Below are positions 1 to 7,712 of a stretch of 64,000 bases of DNA, one piece after another. A program made the translations under genes and the position numbers. This stretch comes from a virus, in the IMG/VR virus record IMGVR_UViG_3300044612_001159, positions 51,666-115,665 of that record, one strand, 5' to 3'. A model generated the notes under the pieces. It did no database searches, was not told where the DNA came from, and saw only the letters and a list, made by a program, of their open reading frames with translations. How positions within the stretch are numbered: position 1 is the first letter of the stretch; every line of letters starts with the position of its first letter.

Positions 1-670
1 TCAGTGGATTCAAGAAGATCTTGCTGGAGATGACTTTACTGTTGTTGCAATTCCAACAAATGACTTCTGTGGTCCTAGCATTACAAAAGGAAAGTGGTCA
101 AAAGGTATCACTTGTGGTTTAGACTCAAAGAATTACGGAATAGATGTGTATGGTGTTACATTCCCATTCTCAGAAATGATTACATCTAATCCCGCAGATA
201 TTCCACTAGAAGCCCCTTGGCTTGGTAAAGGTCCAGGACTTAACGGAAATGGTCAACCATTTGGAGAAAGACATGAACTTTATCTAGAAGTTTCAAGACA
301 AATTTTGGAAATAATGAATAAGAAAAAAGAACTTGGTATAGTTGAAAAAACAGATTATGAGTCAAGATATTTAAACGAACATAATGGCGGATTCATGATG
401 AATGCTAACTTTGAAAAATATCTAATTGATAAAGATGGATATGTGGTTAAGCATTATCCTGCTACAACATTGAACTGGGATGTTGAGCGCACACTCAAAG
501 AAGATCTAATAGCAAAAGGACAAGATCCAAAAATGGGTCCAGATAGATCTGAATACATTTTCAATGAGGAAAATGCTGTTATCCGTGACCATATCGAAAG
601 ATTGATGGCTGGAGAAAAATCAATCATTAATCCAGCATATGTCGATGCAGACGAACTAGTTGCTGTTTAA
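1..670 (+). CDS. Glutathione peroxidase-like protein, divergent, 5'-truncated by window edge
   Basis: Frame is open from position 2 (QWIQEDLAGDDFTVVAIPTNDFCG...YGVTFP...NFEKYLIDKDG), matching the GPx motifs GFPCNQF, FGVTFP and WNFEKFL. Confidence 0.75.
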   Translation, partial: QWIQEDLAGDDFTVVAIPTNDFCGPSITKGKWSKGITCGLDSKNYGIDVYGVTFPFSEMITSNPADIPLEAPWLGKGPGLNGNGQPFGERHELYLEVSRQILEIMNKKKELGIVEKTDYESRYLNEHNGGFMMNANFEKYLIDKDGYVVKHYPATTLNWDVERTLKEDLIAKGQDPKMGPDRSEYIFNEENAVIRDHIERLMAGEKSIINPAYVDADELVAV

Positions 671-704
671 TAAATTAGTTATTAATAAAAACTATTCTCT
701 CCTA

Positions 705-713
705 TGATATACT
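705..713 (+). promoter_or_regulatory. Extended -10 promoter (TGATATACT)
   Basis: TGnTAtAcT followed by SD AGGAGAG before ATG 741. Confidence 0.55.
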
Positions 714-740
714 TAGTATAGAACATAGGAGAGAATTTTT

Positions 741-1175
741 ATGAACATATATGATTTATCATTTATAGACAACAATAAAAATGTTGTAGAATTAAAAAAC
801 TTTAAGGATAAAAATATTCTTATTGTAAACACAGCAAGCAAATGTGGATACACCTCACAATATGCAGACTTGCAAAAGGCACAAAGTGATTCGCTAGTCG
901 TTATTGGATTTCCTTGTAATCAGTTTGGCAACCAAGAGCCAGACTCCAATGAAGTTATTAAACAATTTTGTACAACTAACTTCGGAGTAACATTTCCCAT
1001 CTCTGAAAAAATAGAAGTAAATGGTCCAAATGCACACCCAATATATAAATACTGTAAAGATCAGGCTACTGAAGGTAGGGACATTGGCTGGAATTTTGAA
1101 AAATTTTTAGTGTCTACTGATGGGTCTATTAGACATTATCCTAGTTCATATAAAGTATCCGATATTGCAGTATAG
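741..1175 (+). CDS. gpx: Glutathione peroxidase (Cys-type)
   Basis: VNTASKCGYTSQY, GFPCNQFGNQEP, WNFEKFLV. Confidence 0.95.
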   Translation: MNIYDLSFIDNNKNVVELKNFKDKNILIVNTASKCGYTSQYADLQKAQSDSLVVIGFPCNQFGNQEPDSNEVIKQFCTTNFGVTFPISEKIEVNGPNAHPIYKYCKDQATEGRDIGWNFEKFLVSTDGSIRHYPSSYKVSDIAV

Positions 1176-1184
1176 CCCCTATAA

Positions 1185-1193
1185 TGCTATAAT
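1185..1193 (+). promoter_or_regulatory. Extended -10 promoter TGCTATAAT for ahpC-ahpD
   Basis: Perfect TGnTATAAT in intergenic region. Confidence 0.65.
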
Positions 1194-1201
1194 AGTAGTA
1201 A

Positions 1202-1262
1202 GGGTGTAGTTAGCCTATATTTGTCGGGAAACACTTATAGCCTATGTTGCAACACTACACCC
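1202..1262 (+). other. Structured 5' leader (long hairpin) upstream of ahpC
   Basis: GGGTGTAGT(1202-1210)/ACTACACCC(1254-1262) stem enclosing AGCCTATA/TATAGCCT and TGT/ACA stems. Confidence 0.45.
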
Positions 1263-1297
1263 CCTATTTTTGATCAAACATAAAAGAAAGAGATATA

Positions 1298-1870
1298 ATG
1301 AAAACAATTGGATATAAATTAAATCCGTTTCGCATTGTTGGTGTAAAGCCAGGAAGACTAGATGGTGCTGATGATGTTTTTGAAACATTAAACGAGAAAT
1401 GGTTTCCAGGAAAATGGAAAGTTCTTGTGTATTACCCTAAAGATTTTACCTTTGTGTGTCCCACAGAAATTGTTGCTTATGACAAACTTGTAAATGATTT
1501 TAATGATCGTGATGCAGTATTACTGACAGGATCAACAGATAATGAATTCTGTAAGGTTGCGTGGCGCAATGCCCATGAAGATCTGAAGAAAACCAACTCG
1601 TGGTCTTTTGCTGACCAGGTTCGCAATTGGCAATATAATGGAGATGATGAAGGGTACACTGGTTTAGCAGAACAACTTGGAGTTCTCAATGAAGACGGAG
1701 TTGCCCTTCGTGCAACCTTTATTATTGATCCAGACAATATTATTCAGCATGTTACAGTCAACAATCTAAATGTTGGTCGTAGTCCTGAAGAAACATTGCG
1801 TATTCTTGATGCTCTTCAAACAGGAGAACTCTGTGCTTGCAATAGAAGTCTCGGTGGAGAAACCTTGTGA
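1298..1870 (+). CDS. ahpC: Peroxiredoxin AhpC (2-Cys)
   Basis: YYPKDFTFVCPTE peroxidatic motif; C-terminal GELCACN of actinobacterial type. Confidence 0.95.
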   Translation: MKTIGYKLNPFRIVGVKPGRLDGADDVFETLNEKWFPGKWKVLVYYPKDFTFVCPTEIVAYDKLVNDFNDRDAVLLTGSTDNEFCKVAWRNAHEDLKKTNSWSFADQVRNWQYNGDDEGYTGLAEQLGVLNEDGVALRATFIIDPDNIIQHVTVNNLNVGRSPEETLRILDALQTGELCACNRSLGGETL

Positions 1871-2379
1871 GTTGGGTAGACGAAGTAAAGGAAATTGTTC
1901 CTGAGTATGCTAAAGATATTAAATTAAATCTTGATGCTGTAATCAACAGAAGTGCTTTTGATTACGATTATTCTTCATCTCTCGCACTTGCAGCAGCCCT
2001 TGCAACAGGTAATCAGGACATTGTCGCTATGGTTTCTGCTGGTGTTACAGATGAGGTAGAAAAAAATGCAGCCTTTACTGCAGCAGCATTGATGGCACAG
2101 AATAATGTTTGGTATCCATATACAGAGATGGCAGATGATCCTAATTTAACTGGATTGCCTGCACAACTTAGAATGAATGCCATAGCGTCTCACGGTGGTA
2201 CAACAAAAGATAAGTTTGAAGCATATGCATTAATAGCATCAATTATTGGTAAGTGTCATTTTTGTGTTAAGGCTCACTACGAGACCTTAAAGAAAGAAGG
2301 ATACACAACTGAACAACTTCGTGATATTGGGAGAATTGCTGCAACGATTAATGCTATTGCTAAAGTCGTAGTAGCGTAA
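1867..2379 (+). CDS. ahpD: Alkyl hydroperoxide reductase AhpD
   Basis: AKDIKLNL N-terminus, MAQNNVWY, CHFC (CxxC) plus His; GTGA overlap with ahpC. Confidence 0.92.
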   Translation: MSWVDEVKEIVPEYAKDIKLNLDAVINRSAFDYDYSSSLALAAALATGNQDIVAMVSAGVTDEVEKNAAFTAAALMAQNNVWYPYTEMADDPNLTGLPAQLRMNAIASHGGTTKDKFEAYALIASIIGKCHFCVKAHYETLKKEGYTTEQLRDIGRIAATINAIAKVVVA

Positions 2380-2385
2380 TGGATT

Positions 2386-2457
2386 GCCTCCTTAACTCAG
2401 GGGTAGAGTACCCGCCTTGTAAGCGGGTTGTCGTAGGTTCAAATCCTACAGGAGGCT
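2386..2457 (+). tRNA. tRNA-Thr (UGU)
   Basis: Cloverleaf: acceptor GCCTCCT/AGGAGGC, anticodon arm CCCGC-CTTGTAA-GCGGG, T arm GTAGG-TTCAAAT-CCTAC; CCA not encoded. Confidence 0.95.
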
Positions 2458-2460
2458 CAA

Positions 2461-2619
2461 ATGAATTTAGAAAATGAAATAAAAGACATATTATTTGAAA
2501 TTGGCAAGGAAATAAAAGTTCACAAACTAATAGATGGTAATCTTATTATTGAAATAGATTATGATAAATACACAATTCAAATTATGGAACTAATAAAAGA
2601 TTATTTAACCAAACATTGA
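2461..2619 (+). CDS. Small hypothetical protein (52 aa)
   Basis: Read by hand: MNLENEIKDILFEIGKEIKVHKL...; fills the gap after the tRNA. Confidence 0.5.
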   Translation: MNLENEIKDILFEIGKEIKVHKLIDGNLIIEIDYDKYTIQIMELIKDYLTKH

Positions 2620-2856
2620 TTTTAATTTAAATTCAGATACAACACCAGAAACACGATCATAGATTTTGCCGTCAATTTTTGATATTAAAGTTGGAACTGA
2701 CTGGACATTATATTGCTCGGCCTTATAAAATTCTGTATCAACATCAACCTTATCGTAATGAATATCTGTATTATTTTTTAAAAACTCATCTATAACTGGT
2801 GCCATTCTTTTGCATGGATTACACCATTCTGCTGTAAAATGTATTAGTTCTTTCAT
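2605..2856 (-). CDS. trxA: Thioredoxin
   Basis: FTAEWCNPCK, VDVD, VQSVPT. Confidence 0.92.
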   Translation of the reverse strand: MKELIHFTAEWCNPCKRMAPVIDEFLKNNTDIHYDKVDVDTEFYKAEQYNVQSVPTLISKIDGKIYDRVSGVVSEFKLKSMFG

Positions 2857-2996
2857 TACTTATCTTTCTTGTTATACTCGCCGTACTTACCAAGAACTGC
2901 TTTAACTGTCCCGTCTTTTCTCAAACGCACTATCATGCCATCTTTAATCTGTATTGGATTAAAGGGGTGCTTTGTTTTATATTTACCAGATGACAT
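2856..2996 (-). CDS. Small basic hypothetical protein (46 aa)
   Basis: Read by hand: MSSGKYKTKHPFNPIQIKDGMIVRLRKDG...; TAATG-coupled to both neighbours. Confidence 0.7.
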   Translation of the reverse strand: MSSGKYKTKHPFNPIQIKDGMIVRLRKDGTVKAVLGKYGEYNKKDK

Positions 2997-3658
2997 TATT
3001 TTCTCTTTCTATCAAAAGCAGATCCTTCCCAAATTGTTTTCTCAACTGGAATACAATTAGGAACCATTTTGCCATTTTGTTCTTTCATACCACGCTGAAC
3101 ATATCCATCCCAACATGGTGCTTGTTTGTTTACACTAGCACAGCAATCTGATTTCATTTCTCCAGATTGACATTGAGGACATTGCTCACATGTTACATTT
3201 AATTCTTTACACATTGGACATCCACATCCTTCATATGCTTTGTCCATTCCCACATTTGACTCTAATGAAGGCATAGCCATTACTTCTGATGCTTTTGCTC
3301 CAACAAAATATTCAGTCTCTTCAAGACCGCCCTCTTCCATTTCAAATAATTGTATTAGTATGGCAGGATCTTCTGCACTTGCTTCTAGAGCATACTCTGA
3401 TCCTGGGGTTCCAAGCATACCTTCTGTCATTACATGAACAACACGACCAACATACATTTCTTCTTCATGTGGGGCCATTACCATGTCGCCCTCTTTGACC
3501 ATAGCCTTGCCTATATTGCCCTCAGAACGGTTTATAGCGTAGATCTGTGCTGCAGCCTCAGAACGAGTCTTATGGCACCCCATAACCTCTCCTGTGTCCT
3601 TTAAAGCAGGGTATCCAGAACAACCATTAGACCCCTTAGAACCTATACGATACGGCAT
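2996..3658 (-). CDS. Hypothetical Cys-rich phage protein
   Basis: CGCPMC..CEQCPQC..CC cluster and PCWDGY..GMK...VPNC motif; leaderless promoter upstream. Confidence 0.75.
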   Translation of the reverse strand: MPYRIGSKGSNGCSGYPALKDTGEVMGCHKTRSEAAAQIYAINRSEGNIGKAMVKEGDMVMAPHEEEMYVGRVVHVMTEGMLGTPGSEYALEASAEDPAILIQLFEMEEGGLEETEYFVGAKASEVMAMPSLESNVGMDKAYEGCGCPMCKELNVTCEQCPQCQSGEMKSDCCASVNKQAPCWDGYVQRGMKEQNGKMVPNCIPVEKTIWEGSAFDRKRK

Positions 3659-3680
3659 AAAACTATTATAGCATAGAGTA

Positions 3681-3708
3681 TGAGCAGTTTATACACATGC
3701 TCAGGTGT
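3681..3708 (-). ncRNA. 28-nt H-type pseudoknot motif, copy 1
   Basis: ACAC-C-UGAGCA-U-GUGU-AUAAAC-UGCUCA; covaries with the copy at 9974-10001. Confidence 0.65.
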
Positions 3709-3724
3709 TTGATAGTATTATTAC

Positions 3725-4144
3725 TTACTTGATTTTGATTGTTTTTGGTTTCTTTTCTTCGGGGATGTTTCTCTCCACAAAGACGCTAAGAATACCGTCT
3801 GCCATTTCAGCACGATCTACCTCCATATACTCTCCAAGAGCAAAGGTGCGTGTGAACTTTCTGGTTGCGATACCCTTATGCAGGACATTACTTGCGTCCT
3901 CTTCGGCTTTCTCACCCTTTACAATAAGACTTCCATTATCCACAGAAACCTCTACCTCATCTTTGCTGAAGCCAGCAATAGCCAGAGATAGTTTGTAAGT
4001 ATCTTCATCAATCTTCACCACATCATATGGTGGATACGATTGACGAGTTGCCTCACGATGGATATTATAGAAGCGGTCCAACTCTCTGTTGAAACCAATA
4101 AAAAATGGATCCTTAAAAAGATCCAATGACCATGAACTTACCAT
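3725..4144 (-). CDS. Small heat shock protein Hsp20 (IbpA-like)
   Basis: YPPYDV, LAIAGF, LHKGIATRKFTRTF, DGIL; start moved to ATG 4144 (SD AGGAGGA). Confidence 0.95.
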   Translation of the reverse strand: MVSSWSLDLFKDPFFIGFNRELDRFYNIHREATRQSYPPYDVVKIDEDTYKLSLAIAGFSKDEVEVSVDNGSLIVKGEKAEEDASNVLHKGIATRKFTRTFALGEYMEVDRAEMADGILSVFVERNIPEEKKPKTIKIK

Positions 4145-4197
4145 TATTTCCTCCTTGTTAAGCGAGTTCAATTTGTACCCCCCTTTGGGCAGGCACA
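4145..4197 (-). promoter_or_regulatory. ROSE-like RNA thermometer in hsp20 5'UTR
   Basis: CUCGCUU pairs with SD AAGGAG with a bulged G; upstream hairpin UGUGCCU/GGGUACA. Confidence 0.6.
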
Positions 4198-4202
4198 ACT
4201 AA

Positions 4203-4231
4203 ATTATAGCATAATAAAACAGGGATGTCAA
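4203..4231 (-). promoter_or_regulatory. Consensus sigma70/SigA promoter of hsp20
   Basis: TTGACA-17 bp-TATAAT with TG extension. Confidence 0.85.
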
Positions 4232-4245
4232 GTACCCATCCCTGT
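4212..4245 (-). terminator. Intrinsic terminator after holin, overlapping the hsp20 -35 element
   Basis: ACAGGGATG/CATCCCTGT 9-bp stem followed by a T-rich tract on the - strand. Confidence 0.6.
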
Positions 4246-4262
4246 CCTATAAACAAATACTA

Positions 4263-4562
4263 TTAAAGCATTTGCTGTGGCTTTCCGCCACCGCCAGACT
4301 TCTTCTTTGCTGGAGCCTTCTTTGCAGGCTTCTTTACAACCTTTGCAGACTTAACTGCAGCGTCTACATCTTCTACAGATGGTAGGCGACCAAACGCTGT
4401 GTCGTTTGGATTTGCTGCTCTCAATACTACTGGCACAATTGCACCAAGCAATGAGTATGCTAGTGTCTGTGGATCAGTTACTCCAGAAGCATACATTGCT
4501 GTTGCTGCTCCAAGAACTGATCGACCATAAGACGCTAGTGCTGCCTTAATTTGTTCATTCAT
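4263..4562 (-). CDS. Putative holin
   Basis: Two hydrophobic helices, LRAANPND..FG, Lys-rich C-tail as in actinophage holins; SD AGGAGG. Confidence 0.6.
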   Translation of the reverse strand: MNEQIKAALASYGRSVLGAATAMYASGVTDPQTLAYSLLGAIVPVVLRAANPNDTAFGRLPSVEDVDAAVKSAKVVKKPAKKAPAKKKSGGGGKPQQML

Positions 4563-4572
4563 TTTTTTCCTC

Positions 4573-4758
4573 CTAGGATATGAACTTCGATATGGCTACC
4601 CAAACTGGTTGAGCAAGCCATAATCCAATTATACCAGCAACGCCAGCGAATACTGGAGGGGCTGGAATTGGAATCTTAACTGGGGATATTGCGCTTATTG
4701 ATAGGATTATTAAGCCTAAAGTAAGGCCTACTGATAGTGATAACAAGATTTCTTTCAT
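4573..4758 (-). CDS. XapX/DUF1427-like small membrane protein
   Basis: Two TM helices around IPIPAPPVFAGVAGIIG. Confidence 0.65.
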   Translation of the reverse strand: MKEILLSLSVGLTLGLIILSISAISPVKIPIPAPPVFAGVAGIIGLWLAQPVWVAISKFIS

Positions 4759-4920
4759 TTATTCCCTCACATTTTGTAGTTGTGTATAATGGTTTAAACA
4801 AACATCTAGCACCCTTGTTTCTGTGCCAAACAGTTTTTCTCCGTCTTCTTTACAATTAAGAACATTACAGTGTCCAACTGGATCCAAAAATATTTGATCA
4901 TAGGTTTTAAATTCTATCAT
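4759..4920 (-). CDS. Small hypothetical protein (53 aa), possible Zn-binding
   Basis: Read by hand: MIEFKTYDQ...HCNVLNC...VCLNHY; ATGA overlap with upstream gene. Confidence 0.6.
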   Translation of the reverse strand: MIEFKTYDQIFLDPVGHCNVLNCKEDGEKLFGTETRVLDVCLNHYTQLQNVRE

Positions 4921-5792
4921 TTTTGTGACTCGACATACTGATTAATAAAAGATATAATAATTTCTGATTCAGATCTTGGAACAGCATTAATTAAAAGATG
5001 ATGTATATTGTCTTCTTCAAGAGTCTGGACAAATTCATGAAAACTATCATATGTGAAATATTCCACATCGCTTACTACCGCTGGTATCTCTCCCTTTTTC
5101 CAGACTGGCCTCATTGCATGTTTTGCCAGTGGCTCTAACTCTTCTTTTGTTTTTCTAATAATTGGTGTCATTGCCAGCATAACTTCTGTATTTTTAATAT
5201 CAAGATTAATCATCATTGATGGATCTTTTAAAACATCTGACCAAAATCCACGTTTATAAATATGGTAAGGCAAAATTATTTTATTTTTGTATTTTTTAAC
5301 AGTATCAAAAACATAACTGTTTGTAGTTGATATATAAACATCTAAAGTGTTCTCTAATTGCTTTCCTTCTGCAGTTTGAGTAGCCATTATGCCATTATTT
5401 ATTTCATCAAGTTTTTTAATAAATTCAATTGTGTATTTTGATCTTTCTAAAGATTCTGATAAATCATTTACCTCCCCCAAAATACCACCAATATTTTTTT
5501 CATGATCTTTGATATATCCAGGAACAACATTTATTTGAAGCCTATTTGGAGCAATCTCATTTATTGATTGAGTTATTGTATATAGATATTGTGGAGATAT
5601 CGTGTATGGCCTAATTGCAACAAGATATTTAATCTTACCGTCTGTTTTGATTTCTCTTGCAACTCTTGTAAACATGTCTCCTTCTGTAGGATCATATGTA
5701 TACATTACCCCAGAAAAATTATTTTTTTCAAGAATAGGTGCTGTCTCCATGCTGTTTTCATGAAACACACCGCCAAAATAATAAAAATTCAT
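4917..5792 (-). CDS. Luciferase-like (LLM class) flavin-dependent oxidoreductase
   Basis: IKYLVAIRPYTISPQY and NRLQINVVPG resemble SsuD-family segments. Confidence 0.7.
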   Translation of the reverse strand: MNFYYFGGVFHENSMETAPILEKNNFSGVMYTYDPTEGDMFTRVAREIKTDGKIKYLVAIRPYTISPQYLYTITQSINEIAPNRLQINVVPGYIKDHEKNIGGILGEVNDLSESLERSKYTIEFIKKLDEINNGIMATQTAEGKQLENTLDVYISTTNSYVFDTVKKYKNKIILPYHIYKRGFWSDVLKDPSMMINLDIKNTEVMLAMTPIIRKTKEELEPLAKHAMRPVWKKGEIPAVVSDVEYFTYDSFHEFVQTLEEDNIHHLLINAVPRSESEIIISFINQYVESQK

Positions 5793-6202
5793 TATAACAT
5801 TTTACCATAATCTTCGGGAAGTAATTTTTTTAATTGTTTAAATTCTGAAGATATTTTCTTCAGAGCAAAATCATGGGGAGAAACCATCCCCTCAATAGCA
5901 GCCCCATACTTGTCATAATAGTCAATCTGTGGCTCAATCTCATCGATAAACTTTTGTAGTCCAGCCTGAACAGACTCTATATACTCATATGCTAAATCAC
6001 GAGAATCTGAAACAAATTTTAAAAAATCTTCATTTGCTTTTTCTTTATCTGTTTTGTTTTCTTTGTGCTGAATTTCTTGCTCTAACAAAGTCTTTAAAGT
6101 ATTTGCAAGAATAGAAATGTTAATTCTTTTTTGCACAATATATAAATAAATAAATAATAATGAAGTGATAGACAAAGCAACTATAGCAAACATTTCTATC
6201 AT
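5792..6202 (-). CDS. Hypothetical membrane-anchored protein
   Basis: N-terminal TM helix, coiled C-terminus. Confidence 0.75.
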   Translation of the reverse strand: MIEMFAIVALSITSLLFIYLYIVQKRINISILANTLKTLLEQEIQHKENKTDKEKANEDFLKFVSDSRDLAYEYIESVQAGLQKFIDEIEPQIDYYDKYGAAIEGMVSPHDFALKKISSEFKQLKKLLPEDYGKML

Positions 6203-6480
6203 AATTCTTTTCCTCCCTCTCTAACTAACTGAACAATTGCCCCATTCTGCTCAAGAGCCTTCTTTGTTTTAATCATATAGTTTGCAGCACGAATCTTGTC
6301 ATCATGACTTAAAAGCATAAAAGATTTTTCAGACGCACGAACAGTTAAAAATCCTTCTTGATGCTCAACTATCTGTAATGAAAAACCTTTAGGCGCTAAA
6401 TGATCTAGTGACCTAAACGCCCTTCTCATTGCATCTGTATATACTAGTCCATTGTTAGAGACTGCCATGTTACACCCCAA
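6199..6480 (-). CDS. Hypothetical protein (start uncertain)
   Basis: ORF in tightly packed operon. Confidence 0.7.
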   Translation of the reverse strand: MGCNMAVSNNGLVYTDAMRRAFRSLDHLAPKGFSLQIVEHQEGFLTVRASEKSFMLLSHDDKIRAANYMIKTKKALEQNGAIVQLVREGGKEL

Positions 6481-6725
6481 TCAGCCTTTGTTTTATGATT
6501 AGAGAACTCTTTTGATATTTCGCCGTTTTCTAAGTATACCCCGCCCCAAACTCCCCACTCTTTGCCAGAAATGCCCACAGAAAAACACTCTTTTCTTACT
6601 GGACATTCAGAACATAACAGGTCTACAGCAGGCCTTAACAACTCATCTTCTTCGTATTTATCAAAAAAAACATTAGTATCATAATCTAGGCATGCAGCAT
6701 TATCTTTCCATTCATACCTATTCAT
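6444..6725 (-). CDS. whiB: WhiB family Fe-S transcription factor
   Basis: W..AAC...VFF, CxxCPVRxEC, GVWGG. Confidence 0.93.
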   Translation of the reverse strand: MNRYEWKDNAACLDYDTNVFFDKYEEDELLRPAVDLLCSECPVRKECFSVGISGKEWGVWGGVYLENGEISKEFSNHKTKADWGVTWQSLTMD

Positions 6726-6727
6726 AG

Positions 6728-6940
6728 TTATGCTACATACTTGTCAGGTATTTCCCATCCGTTTCTAGAGACGACAAAAATCTTTTTTAGGTACCAAGCA
6801 CCGTTTTTAAGTGCTCCGTACTTTGATGTCATTGCCTTATCTGACCTTGACATTTCAACAACATTCCAACCGTCCCAAGACAAGTTTTTGTTCTTGGAAA
6901 CAATTGTCTCCATTTGTTCAAGAGAATCTATTGTTTTCAT
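6728..6940 (-). CDS. Hypothetical protein
   Basis: ORF with SD AGGAG. Confidence 0.7.
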   Translation of the reverse strand: MKTIDSLEQMETIVSKNKNLSWDGWNVVEMSRSDKAMTSKYGALKNGAWYLKKIFVVSRNGWEIPDKYVA

Positions 6941-6950
6941 TTTATACTCC

Positions 6951-7304
6951 TTAAAAGTTGTATACGTTTGTATTAATATTTTTTGACTTTGACAAACTAA
7001 CTAGATTCGACACTCTTTCTTTTGGATTTGCAACAAAAGCAAAGTGATCAAAACTATCAATATTTTCTTCAAGCCATTGAGGAGTAACCCTAAATAGTTT
7101 GATAGACTTTCCTCTAGACTTCATACCTCTTTCAGAAAGATTTACAAACTCCATCGCCATATCATTAACATTTCCTGGACCAACAGAGTACAAGTAAAAC
7201 TCTTTTTCATTATCTTTTAATTCAGACAAAGCAACAGCCATTGCTCTAAGGAAAATATTATAGTTGTTGAAATTAGGCGTTCCCTGAACCCCTACTATCA
7301 TCAC
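6951..7304 (-). CDS. Hypothetical protein, possibly SLOG/YspA-like
   Basis: MIVGVQGT.NFNNY N-terminal pattern. Confidence 0.55.
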   Translation of the reverse strand: MMIVGVQGTPNFNNYNIFLRAMAVALSELKDNEKEFYLYSVGPGNVNDMAMEFVNLSERGMKSRGKSIKLFRVTPQWLEENIDSFDHFAFVANPKERVSNLVSLSKSKNINTNVYNF

Positions 7305-7689
7305 TTGTCCCTTCTGTTAGTTTGTCTACTATGAACAACATCTTATCTAATTGTACCTTATCCATGTTGGTTGTGTCAACTTTTTCTGCAGAATCTTTGT
7401 CAATTTTTTCATTTACTAAAGGGGCTTTATAAAATGTATTATTTTTAATCCAATACGCTACATCATCTACAACTATTACCTTGGTTGTAGATTCATCTTG
7501 ATGCTTACTAGACTGGGTTTTTGGCTTAAGCCTTCTCTTATGCTTTTTAGACCCTGAATATCTGTGATGAAGTCTAGCCTGACTTACAATCTGCACACTT
7601 TTTTTATGCCTACGAGCCTTGAATAGATAAAAGAAAATAGAGAGCAGCATTACTGCCGTCAAAAGGATTGCTCCAAAAATATCGTTCAC
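7273..7689 (-). CDS. Hypothetical membrane-anchored basic protein
   Basis: N-terminal TM helix. Confidence 0.7.
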   Translation of the reverse strand: MNDIFGAILLTAVMLLSIFFYLFKARRHKKSVQIVSQARLHHRYSGSKKHKRRLKPKTQSSKHQDESTTKVIVVDDVAYWIKNNTFYKAPLVNEKIDKDSAEKVDTTNMDKVQLDKMLFIVDKLTEGTSDDSRGSGNA

Positions 7690-7712
7690 TGATGCCCCCT
7701 AAACTTATTTTA

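Noticed and set aside
1202-1262. Possible third tRNA
   Set aside because: No canonical D, anticodon or T arms; kept only as a structured leader candidate
4145-4260. CIRCE or HAIR heat-shock operators at hsp20
   Set aside because: The inverted repeat present does not match either consensus
5790-5799. TGTTATAAT apparent promoter at the LLM gene start
   Set aside because: It is the coding end (ATG TTA TAA) of the upstream gene overlapping the ATG; wrong spacing for a promoter of this gene
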